From positions 14,012,001 to 14,076,000 of the forward strand of contig OZ024744.1 in the NCBI GenBank assembly GCA_964016885.1: 64,000 nucleotides of DNA, written 5' to 3'. The translations under genes were made by a program, and so were the position numbers. This stretch comes from Eledone cirrhosa. Lineage: Eukaryota. Shown here in pieces: positions 29,590-42,612 of this stretch. Numbering within the stretch: position 1 is the stretch's first letter; each line of letters begins with the position of its first letter. The notes beneath the pieces are model-generated. The model saw only the letters and a program-made list of their open reading frames with translations. It ran no database searches and was not told where the DNA came from.

Positions 29590-29893
29590 TATTGTATATT
29601 ATATTACATTGTATATTTTTTATGTTACGATAATTTTACCGTCATTATACTGTTTCTATTGCATAATGTATTTTTAACTGTTCACTTACAGGTGTGTTTA
29701 TATATGTATATGTGGTGGCACTTTTGTGTGTGTAGGCAGATGTGCATGCGTGCAGGTGTGTGCATGTGACAATACGTATGCGTATGCATGTGTAGATGTA
29801 TGTATATCGGCATATGCGTGGGGGTATTTGTATGTATAAGTGTGGATGGGCGTACGCATGTTAAGTTGTCCCTTTTCTTTTCTTTTGTGTGTA

Positions 29894-29903
<10 letters not shown>
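29584..29903 (-). repeat. Right arm of outer inverted repeat
   Basis: Reverse complement of 23890-24210. Confidence 0.9.
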
Positions 29904-29941
<38 letters not shown>

Positions 29942-29948
<7 letters not shown>

Positions 29949-29989
29949 ATACTTTGGGAGGGTCATGTTGCTAAACAAATTCAGAAAGG

Positions 29990-29992
<3 letters not shown>
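29942..29992 (+). mobile_element. ~50 bp internal-deletion derivative of the 60771-61241 element
   Basis: TATTGTTATACTTTGGGAGGGTCATGTTGCTA (=60772) joined through TTGCTA to AACAAATTCAGAAA.GAAAT (=61223); embedded in (TA)n. Confidence 0.8.
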
Positions 29993-30068
<76 letters not shown>

Positions 30069-30172
30069 TATTGAAATTTCCGTTGAAAACAGAAAAGGTC
30101 ATAGAAGTGAAGAGTGCTCTATGTAAGTACCAGAGCAAAATTTAACGTATAAAAATCAATGCAATATAATAA

Positions 30173-30242
30173 CCTCATTACCAGAGGTTTCCCGAATGAG
30201 GCGAATACGAAAGAAACGTCTTCATTCGTTCGTCGGACGAGG
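30173..30242 (-). ncRNA. Type I hammerhead ribozyme (core CCGACGA, U4C)
   Basis: CCTCGT CCGACGA A-CGAATGA...TCATTCG-G GAAA CC-TCT-GG TA ATGAGG. Confidence 0.7.
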
Positions 30243-32229
30243 CAATATAAAACATAGCTAAATACTTGGAAAGTCTCATCAAGAAAAGCAAAGAAATTAT
30301 ATAAATATAGAGAAATGAATTACAATAGCCATATGAAATATATAAAAATCTTTCAAGAAATATAGTTAGGTGTGTGTATATGTATGTATATACGCTCACA
30401 GATGTACATATATGTGTATGTACAAATGTATACGTATAGTGAAAAGTGTGCATAAATATATGTGTTAGTGCAAGTGTATCTGTGTATCTGTAAATTACAG
30501 ACAGACATGATGTGGTTTTCTGTTTGGCAGGTACACAGAAATAGGGTAATAGATACATTATAAGAATATGAAGGCACGCGTATAAACACACCCACACGCA
30601 CGTACACTTATATGCGGAAGTAAAAGAGGTAAGGGAGTGTAATAATTTAAAGAAAGTATCATTCTCGATATATTTATAAAAATGGAACAATAATTTAGAA
30701 AGAAAAAATTAAAGAAAAGAAGACAAACAAGGTACACGCGTACACACACACACGTATATCTACAAGAAACGTATATCTATAAGAAATATATATATATACA
30801 CGCAAAAAACCTGCAAACAAAAGCGTTTGCAAGCACATCTACACACACAGGAAGCACATATATACGCATATACACCTCGTCCCATGTATATCTAATCACG
30901 TGCACGCACGCGACTGTATACACACTCGCACACACACACACACACAAATATACATGCTTATATACACACGCACACTTACACATCCATACATTCGGTACGT
31001 ACACACATACATACACTCACGCATATTGACCTGTTTGCATGCACACGCATAAAAATGAGGATGTAAAAAAAGGAAGAAAAACACAAAACAAAAAACATAG
31101 ATGTAAAAACACGGATATAAAGACACATATACATACACATACACACACATATATATATATATATATATACACGGAACGCGCGCGCACATACGGAGGCGCT
31201 CGTGTACATATATAGAAAGTATACACATTAAGGCGTTCAGACACATAGATACAGGGTATAAATAAAAAAAACTTGTGGATAAGTAAGTACAAATATAAAA
31301 TTATAAGATTGGCTGCGAAAAAATAAAGTAAAGAATAAAAAATAAAAATATCTGGAGTGGAAAACGCAAGTGACTAGTGTAATCAGTTAGTGAAGAAAAT
31401 AGGGAAGTAAAAAGTGGAAAGTGAAGATATTAGCTAAATGAATCGGAGAATAAAGTGTGTGTGTGTGTGTGGGTGGGTGGGGGGTGGGGGGTTATTGGTG
31501 GATGTGAAGTAAAAGAAAAATAAAAAAAAATAAAATAAAATAAAATAAAATAAAAATGAAATTAATAATAAGGATAAACATGAAAGTAAATCAGAAAGGG
31601 TAGTTATAAAGAGAATAATAAGAGTTTATGGAGGATAAGTATCTGAAATTGTGTTAAGTTTATATGAGCTGGAAAGCAGGTGTGATTTCATGTGTGGGCA
31701 ACTGGTGAAAATTTCCGTCTTTGTGTTCAGGCAGGTCTTTGGTGATTTAAATTTTGCAAGATCCAATATTTTTCATTTATGCAGAGTGTGCATTTTCTTG
31801 TTCCTCCTGCATGCAATCACTAACTGATTACACAAGTTCCTCTTGCATGCAATCACTAACTGATTACACTAGTCACTTGCGTTTTCCACTCCAGATACTT
31901 TTTATTTTTATTTTTTACTTTATTTTTTCGCAGCCAATCTTATAATTTTATATTTGTACTTACTTATCCACAAGTTTTTTTTTTACACCCTGTATCTATG
32001 TGTCTGAACGCCTTAATGTGTGTATACTTTCTATATATGTACACGAGCGCCTCCGTATGTGCGCGCGCGTTCCGTGTATATATATATATATATATGTATG
32101 TGTATGTATATGTGTCTTTATATCCGTAATTTTACATTTATGTTTTTTGTTTTGTTTTTTTCTTCTTCCTTTTTTTACATCCTCATTTTTATGCGTGTGC
32201 ATGCAAACATGTCAATATGCGTGAGTGTA

Positions 32230-32260
<31 letters not shown>

Positions 32261-33019
32261 ACGTACCGAATGTATGGATGTGTAAGTGTGCGTGTGTATA
32301 TAAGCATGTATATTTTTGTGTGTGTGTGTGTGTGCGAGTGTGTATACAGTCGCGTGCGTGCGCGTGATTAGATATACATGAGACGAGGCGTATATGCGTA
32401 TATATGTGCTTCCTGTGTGTGTAGATGTGCTTGCATACGCTTTTGTCTGCACGTTTTTTGCGTGTATATACATATATTTCTTATAGATATAGGTTTCTTG
32501 TAGATATACATGTGTGTGTACGCGTGTACCTTGTTTGTCTTCTTTTCTTTAATTTTTTCTTTCTAAATTATTGTTCCATTTTTATAAATATATCGAGAAT
32601 GATACTTTCTTTAAATTATTACACTCCCTTACCTCTTTTACTTCCGCATATAAGTGTACGTGCGTATGGGTGTGTTTATACGCGTGCCTTCATATTCTTA
32701 TAATGTATCTATTACCCTATTTCTGTGTACCTGCCAAACAGAAAACCACATCATGTCTGTCTGTAGTTTACAGATACACAGATACACTTGCACTAACACA
32801 TATATTTATGCACACTTTTTCACTATACGTATACATTTGTACATACACATATATGTACATCTGTGAGCGTATATACATACATATACACACACCTAACTAT
32901 ATTTCTTGAAAGATTTTTATATATTTCATATGGCTATTGTAATTCATTTCTCTATATTTATATAATTAATTTGCTTTTCTTGATGAGACTTTCCAAGTAT
33001 CTAGCCATGTTTTATATTG

Positions 33020-33089
33020 CCTAGTCTGACGAACGAAACAAGACGTTTCTTTCGTATTCGCCTCATTCGGGAAACCTCTGGTAATGAGG
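33020..33089 (+). ncRNA. Type I hammerhead ribozyme (inverted copy; intact core, mismatched stems)
   Basis: CCTAGT CTGACGA ACGAA...TTCGG GAAA CC-TCT-GG TA ATGAGG. Confidence 0.72.
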
Positions 33090-33115
33090 TAATTATATTG
33101 CATTGATTTTTATAC

Positions 33116-33202
<87 letters not shown>

Positions 33203-33255
33203 ATAATAAATATATATATATATATAGTAATATATATATATATAGTAATAATAAA

Positions 33256-33327
33256 ATTAGTTTCAGAAGATCCCGTTAAGGGTGAAAGCAGCGATTCTTT
33301 GCTTAAACTTTAATCTGTTATTTTAAT
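33256..33327 (+). repeat. Short copy of the unclassified (TA)n-terminated repeat
   Basis: TTAGTTTCAGAAGATCCCGTTAAGGGTGAAAGCAGCGATTCTTTGCTTAAACTTTAATCTGTTATTTTAAT. Confidence 0.9.
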
Positions 33328-33497
33328 AAATATATATATATATATATAAGAATTAAAATACTAGAGTGTGTTGGAGTTACACACCCTCTTCGTATTATAG
33401 AAATGACAGTAAAAGTATAGCTCAATGTAATTAAACAGAGCCGAAGAATTATGAAAATAAACCAAAGAAGCCTTCAATACATCAAAAGTTTTTATTA

Positions 33498-33535
33498 GCC
33501 AACAATGTTTCGTCCTATTAAGGACTCATCAGGGC
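33498..33535 (-). ncRNA. Minimal type I hammerhead ribozyme
   Basis: GCC CTGATGA GTCC-TTAATA-GGAC GAAA C-ATT-G TT GGC. Confidence 0.9.
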
Positions 33536-36500
33536 AATTAAAGCTATAAGAAGCACTATCGGCCAATATAAGCCAAAAAACTCAGAAGAATATGGAGTGT
33601 ACAAACATTAAAGCATAGGAAAATATCAAGTAAAAATATCAAGTAAAAATTGCTAAGGAAGTGAATAACATTTTGAACCATATTACAAATATAGTCCAAT
33701 GCAAAAACTAAAGCTAAACAAAGGTGGTAATATAGAGCTGGAATTATTGCACTATATATAATATAATATAATATAATATAATATAATTGATAATAATAAT
33801 AATAATATTAAAAGGCCCAATATACATATATATATATATATACATATGTACACACATATACATATATATCAATACACATTTCCATCAATCCAAGCACAAA
33901 CTAACCCTTATTAAGAATTTATATATAAATAAGAATAATAATAATAAGAAGAAGAAAAATAAAGATAAAAATAAGGATAAAAATATAATATATATATTAT
34001 TTACAGTATAAAATGAAGAATAAATGAAGAATAAAAGATTAAAAATAAACATATAATATATAATAAAACTATATAATTATATAATAGATAATTTCCGGTT
34101 AATGTGCACAAACAATATAGATGTTACAATAACACTATAATAACAATATTAAAGTATAATGGCATATAACATAACAAATCATATAGAGTTACAGACCATG
34201 TGAGAAAAAATATTGTACAGAACTAAATTATGTTGGAAAAATATTAAAACCATTGCAAGAAAAACAGATGGATGTCAAATTTCTATACAATTGGTGAAAA
34301 TAAATATTATCCAAACATTACAAAAATACAAACATATTACAGAATTTACAAAATTTAACATACCATAATGGTACATTTAATAATCGGTAAATAATAAAGA
34401 TCAGTAGTACGTTTACAAAGAGTGGAATGATATAAAACTTCAATTTAAAATATTGAACATAGTATAATATACATAATTACGTGGTTGGTGGAGAGTATAT
34501 GTTACCTTTCCGCACCTTAAAGGCGGACTTTATCGTGACGGGCATTGTTCGGGATTAACTCTAGCACGAACAACGTCGAGCATAATAAGAAGAAGCTTTA
34601 TAAGTTTTTTAAAAGCTATAACCTTTCGATCACGATAGATAGAAACGATAGAGCGGTCAACTTTTTAGATGTGACTTTGGACTTGGTCACTAATAGTTTT
34701 AAACCCTTCCATAAGCCTAATGAAATACTCTCTTATGTTAGTCCCAATTCTAACCACCCCAAATCTATGATAGACTCTATAATTAATGGTGTATCTAATA
34801 GGATTTCCACACTCTCTAAGGACGTAGGAACATTTAATGCACACGCAGAGTACTATAATAATGCCCTAGCTAATTCCGGTTACTCTGGTAAAATACATTA
34901 TAATAATAGTAACCTTAGAAAATCTCCGCTTACTTATAATAATAATAACATAATATCCCATAATATCGCCATGAATGGGAGTAAAAAGCATAGGAATCGT
35001 AGAAATTACATAGGTGTATCTGAACCCATCCATAAATTAAGCCACCGGACTCGTAATGGGGAATCTAATACTTCTAGGAATCAAGTCGAGCCCTCTCAGC
35101 GCTTACTTAGTGGTAATGCTTCTGCTGGATCTAATTCTAATAGAGTTGTTTCTACTGATCCTATTATTAGCCCTAATCCTTTTGTTATGTTTCCAGATAG
35201 TAGCAGATATAATAATGGTAGAAGCAGAAAGAGACTTAATGGAGTTTCGGCTGATTCTAATAATGTCGTTGTAACTAGTCCTTGTAGTAACCCAAATATT
35301 AATAAGGGGATATTAGATAACGGTAGAGTTGGTAAGGATAAAAATAGAAGGAGACTAAATACTTATTTTAACCCGCCATATAATCAGGAAGTATTAACTA
35401 ATATCCCTAGGCTTTTCTTTTCTATCTTAGAGAAAAATTTCCCTCCTACTAATAAATGCCATAGTATTTTTAATAAAAATGTGATTAAACTTTCATTCTC
35501 TACCACCCCTAATATTAATTCTCATTTAGCTAGCACTAACAATGGAAAAATTAGGGATTGATACTCCTCTCTACGTACTACTAATCTGAATAGATCCATA
35601 AATACCTTACCTCCTGAGCAGACCTTATCTCATAGTAACCCTACGTGTGATGCATCACTACTTCAGCCGATCAATAGCACCCGCAAGTGTAACTGTAGAG
35701 TGAGTGCTAACTGCCCTTTGAACGGTAACTGCCTCTCTAAGAACATCGTTTATGCTTGTCTAGTTAAAACCAATTCCTTTAATAGCACATATATAGGCTC
35801 TACATCTAACACTTTTAAGACTAGATTTAATTCTCATATCTCTAATTTTAAACACGTTAAGTTTAAGAATTCGACTTCTCTAGCACACCATATCTGGGAT
35901 CTTAAGGGGGCTAATATACCATATAGCCTTAATTGGCGTATAGTAGCACGCTCTAATAACCTTTCAACACATACTAAATTTTGTAATCTCTGTATTCTTG
36001 AGACCCACTCTATAATTTTCTCTAGGGAAACCTTACTTATTAGAAAGTCTGAGATATTCTCTTCTTGCCCCCACGCCATTTCAAATTCTTACTTTTATTA
36101 TAAACCTAAAGGTTCTAGTAGTGTAAATTGTATCCATTAGCTGCTATATTCCCTTATCTTTTTAGTTTAGGTTCATTTTGTTTACCACCATCATTATCAT
36201 CATTATTATTATTGGTTTTTAACAGCTTTTCATTCTGGCTTTCATAGTCTTTTGGCTACCAAACCATATCTATCTTCTTAAATATTATATTTTCACTATT
36301 AACACATTAAGAGTTTATATCTGATTATAGATTTTATTTTATATTATTTTATTTTCATTTTATTTCATTTTATTTGGATTCTTCTTTGGATAATTAACCC
36401 CCCCCCCCACACACACACACACACTTGTCATTCGCCCCTTCATATATACTATAATTATATTCTATTCCCTTTTATGCTCCTTTCTATTGTATTATACAGT

Positions 36501-37896
36501 ATATTGATTATGATTTTATGCTCCTTCGTATCCTTCATATATTTCTTTTTTCTGTCCCCATTGGCCTACCATAATTCTATTTAAAGTCTGTTTAGTAGAT
36601 AACGTTATTCAACTGATAGTTGAATATTTCATTCTTTTCCAGATGTTTTTATAGTCATATCTTTATATTTAGAGATTTCGATTACTTAAACCATAGCTAA
36701 TTTTGTATTGACTTATTATGTATTTTAGATACTTTCAATATTAATTAATTTAATGGGGTTTTCTAGTCATTTATCCGGGTTTGTTTCCTAAATTTTTTAC
36801 TTAACTGCATGTGACACCTAAGTAAATACTTTTGTTTTTGTTTTGCGATTTCCGGTTGATTTTGTTTATATATTTATACTACCGTGCTTAGTTTTTCTGT
36901 CTGGTTCTCACTCACTTATTCACAAATGTCTCTCCACCAACCACGTAATTATGTATATTATACTATGTTCAATATTTTATATTGAAGTTTTATATCATTC
37001 CACTCTTTGTAAACGTACTACTGATCTTTATTATTTACCGATTATTAAATGTACCATTATGGTATGTTAAATTTTGTAAATTCTGTAATATGTTTGTATT
37101 TTTATAATTTTTGTAATGTTTGGATAATATTTATTTTCACCAATTGTATAGAAATTTGACATCCATCTGTTTTTCTTGCAATGGTTTTAATATTTTTCAA
37201 ACATAATTTTTCCAACATAATTTAGTTCTGTACAATATTTTTTCTCACATGGTCTGTAACTCTATATGATTTGTTATGTTATATGCCATTCTACTTTAAT
37301 ATTGTTATTATAGTGTTATTGTAACATCTATATTGTTTGTGCAAATTAACCGGAGATTATCTATTATATAATTATATAGTTTTATTATATATTATATGTT
37401 TACTTTTAATCTTTTATTCTTCATTTATTCTTCATTTTATACTGTAAATAATATATATATTATATTTTTATCCTTATTTTTATCTTTATTTTTCTTCTTA
37501 TTATCATTATTCTTATTTATATATAAACTCTTAATAAGGGTTAGTTTGTGCTTGGATTGATGGAAATGTGTATTGATATATATGTATATGTGTGTACATA
37601 TGTATATATATATATATATATGTATATTGGGCCTTTTAATATTATTATTATTATTATCAATTATATTATATTATATATAGTGCAATAATTCCCGCTCTAT
37701 ATTACCACCTTTGTTTAACTTTAGTTTTTGCATTGGACTATATTTGTAATATGGTTCAAAATGTTATTAACTTCCTTAGCAATTTTTACTTGATATTTTT
37801 ACTTGATATTTTCCTATGCTTTAATGTTTGTACACTCCATATTCTTCTGAGTTTTTTGGCTTATATTGGCCGATAGTGCTTCTTATAGCTTTAATT

Positions 37897-37933
37897 GCCC
37901 TGATGAGTCCTTAATAGGACGAACATTGTTGGC
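37897..37933 (+). ncRNA. Hammerhead copy with one A deleted from GAAA (probably inactive)
   Basis: GCC CTGATGA GTCC-TTAATA-GGAC GAA CATTG TT GGC. Confidence 0.75.
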
Positions 37934-37981
37934 TAATAAAGACTTTTGATGTATTGAAGGCTTCTTTGGTTTATTTTCATA

Positions 37982-38470
<489 letters not shown>

Positions 38471-38474
<4 letters not shown>

Positions 38475-39048
38475 ATAACTAGGAATTGATCAACATATAT
38501 ATAAATAAATATAAACATGAAAAATCGCAGGAGATAATTTTTACTGCTATTTCTAGTTGTCGAATACCTATTCACGCCACTGAAACGAAGCCGCTGTGAT
38601 GTGTAATATCAACACGTGGTAACGGCCAGCTTAAGATTTTGACTCGAAGTGTAAACATGGATCGCTTGATATTATTCTTCCTTGTCGATAATCCAATAAT
38701 ATTCACTTTCCGTGACTTACCATCTGATTAATTGGTGAAATATATTTCTTTAATGAAATATATACAGGGACGATTAATCATTAAAAGGTATCTATTTTTG
38801 AAGTTCTAGTTAACTTTATTTATTTGTTACCTACTAGCCATGCGTGGTTACACGCTTGTAAAAATTATCTCCTGTGATTTTTCATGTTTATATTTATTTA
38901 TATATATGTTGATCAATTCCTAGTTATTATAAAATGCTCCTACGTACAAAGTCCTAGAGCTTATTTTCCGGGCGATATGGCGCATTCCGTTAAGGAATGA
39001 CACACACAATTTCGATTTTGATTGAATTCTTTTAATCTATCTTAATTT
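38471..39048. mobile_element. ORF-less fold-back element (75 bp inverted arms plus one-sided tail)
   Basis: 38471-38545 is the reverse complement of 38859-38931. The tail carries a GCTC..GAGC hairpin at 38936-38960. Confidence 0.7.
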
Positions 39049-39071
39049 TGTATATATATATATGTATACAT

Positions 39072-39175
<104 letters not shown>

Positions 39176-39244
39176 TATGAAGAGACAAGAAACATTTAGA
39201 TATAATTAGTAATAAAATGTATCATACCTAAACTGCTCCTAGAT

Positions 39245-39334
39245 TCCTCGACTACGTAGTTTCGTGGTATAAACAAAAACAATACATCATAAAGAGATAG
39301 AGTCCGTGCGAGGTCTGCCTACTTATCAAGAGGA
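39245..39334 (-). ncRNA. Type I hammerhead ribozyme, U3:A8 variant, ~59 nt stem II domain
   Basis: TCCTC TTGATAA GTAGG...CCAC GAAA CTACGTAG TC GAGGA; perfect stem I, palindromic stem III. Confidence 0.8.
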
Positions 39335-39652
39335 TACCTCATTTTACTAGCTTCAAGAACGCGTCTACACGACGTGAGAAAGAATCCCAAAAAGCAGAGG
39401 GGGAGATAGTTACGCGATATAACGGTCGAGAAACAGAGCTAAGCCTCTTATAACCCCGAAGAAAATACCACGGAGGCGGAGGGGGTATTTATATCGAAGC
39501 CGTAGAAGAGGTGGTGAAGGAGGCGAGAAGTATGAGTAATGGCAGCTTTCCAGCAGTCACCACACTTCAAATATTACTCGACCAGAGGGAGTTATGAACA
39601 ATATATTTAGAAACACACAGATACATGCGGACACACACATATACATGAATGC

Positions 39653-39796
<144 letters not shown>

Positions 39797-40089
39797 TTTG
39801 TACGGCTTTTGGAGGAAGGAGTGACTAGCAGTACGTTGTTCGGTATTATTACGAAAAGGTGTAGTAGAGAATCCCGCGTGAACTAAGAGCTTAGGAGGAA
39901 ACTCCTTACCTCGAAGATTGATTCGCCATCGTTCTTGTCAACGCTCAGTTTCCTTGGTATTTGTTGGTCTACAGTTAGATGAATGACGCACAAAGGGTTA
40001 ATGTTTATTGGCAATAAGTTTTTTGAATAATAAAAGTCGGGATAAAGCAACCTACAATCTATCTGTATATATATATATATATATATATG

Positions 40090-40527
40090 AATATAAATTC
40101 AGCGAGAATCGCATTTCGGCGGGTAGAAAAAGCGAAACGAAACGCAAAAATCAGAATTATGCTGGCAAGCGCTCCATAGTTAAAAAAACCAGAGCTAAAC
40201 AATATGTTGAAACGCCTTACAAACTGAAAGTGTTCAAGAAAGCATTAACCACCTAAGCCAAAAAGCAAATCAAGCTAAACAGGTCAAAACAAAATAAATG
40301 ATAAAAAAACATATAGTTATGTAATAAACAACATAAGATAATTATTTCATTTACCAGTGGTTTCTTGAAAGCAAACAAATCTGCTTTCAGTCGTCAGAAT
40401 GAAAAAATCCTCGTGTTTTTATTGAATATGGATTTGAAAACAAAAATATAAGAAATATGAAAGTGAGGTTGAGGGAAGAAGAAAGAAAGATTATAAATAT
40501 GTAAGTATATAAACACACACACACACT

Positions 40528-40603
<76 letters not shown>

Positions 40604-40674
40604 TATATATATATGCACATATATATACATATATATATAAATATACATAAACATACACATAAATACACAAACAC

Positions 40675-40727
<53 letters not shown>

Positions 40728-40845
40728 TATACACACATACATATATATATACACACACATACACATAATTATAAAAATAAGTAAAGTAAAAATAAATAAA
40801 CAAACACGTGGTAAGCAGATGCACAAAACAAAATAAAAAAATATA
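40090..40845 (-). mobile_element. PLE pLTR fragment (family of 57375-57735)
   Basis: 40314-40800 aligns with 57376-57735; contains an HHR and a downstream hairpin at 40171-40195. Confidence 0.75.
40345..40404 (-). ncRNA. Type I hammerhead ribozyme
   Basis: TTTCATT CTGACGA C-TGAAAGCA-GATTTGTT-TGCTTTCA-A GAAA CC-ACT-GG TA AATGAAA. Confidence 0.9.
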
Positions 40846-40863
40846 TATATATATATACACTTA

Positions 40864-41308
40864 CAAATACACAGAGAGAAGTGTGTTACACAGTGAGAGG
40901 TGTGTAAACAATTATTACATGTGAGTTTAACCGTTACTGTATGTAGAACAATATCTACAGGTTAGCAATTAAATAGAGGAACCTGTGGGCTGTTAAACCG
41001 CACATTTCTATGGTGAAACGAACTAAATTCGTATCAGCAACCTTATAGTTATAATGTTAGTAATTTAAAACACTACTTCAGAGATTTGATTCTGAATTAG
41101 TTTTTTTCTATTTAATTGTTAACCTAGGTATTGTTCTCCATACAGTAAAGGTCAAACTCACATGTAATAATGTTTTACACACTTCTCACTGTGTAACACA
41201 CTTCTCTATGTGTATTTATATTTGAGCTCAGATGAAAATTCTCTGTTCTTTTTCGAGCTAATATTATTATTACTGTGAACTGCGGAATACTTTAATTCCG
41301 ATCTTTGT
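40864..41308. mobile_element. ORF-less fold-back element (~65 bp inverted arms plus tail)
   Basis: 40864-40928 is the reverse complement of 41154-41218. Tail hairpin GCTC..GAGC at 41226-41258. Confidence 0.65.
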
Positions 41309-41425
41309 ATATATATATATTTACATATATACACATACATATACATAGAAATATACACACATATATATAGAGACAGTACAAACATATACACAGTTAAGTA
41401 TATACATACAAATATATATACACAC

Positions 41426-42549
<1,124 letters not shown>

Positions 42550-42612
<63 letters not shown>
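42550..42612. repeat. (ATT)n microsatellite; further tracts at 45968-46006, 49721-49760, 51467-51482, 51960-52033 and 53350-53430
   Basis: Seen directly. Confidence 0.99.

Larger units (their letters stand above)
30067..33118 (-). mobile_element. PLE 3' remnant with ~1.25 kb inverted pLTRs
   Basis: Inverted repeat 30144-31393 / 31854-33118. Spacer 31655-31812(-) encodes GGTRKCTLCINEK..CLNTKTEIFTSCPH (GIY-YIG C-terminus). Confidence 0.9.
33347..37982 (+). mobile_element. 5'-truncated Naiad-like PLE with ~1.05 kb inverted pLTR
   Basis: GGLYRD at ~34522; ORFs 34545-35561 (NFLDVTL, KPFHKPN, SNHP, YFNPPY) and 35700-36140 (CPLNGNCL..VY..YIGSTSNTFK..CNLC..CPH). Inverted repeat 33449-34495 / 36930-37982. 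Confidence 0.93.

Noticed and set aside
41012-41040. GAAA CGAA-CTAAA-TTCG TA half hammerhead
   Set aside because: No CUGANGA or stem I partner found upstream.
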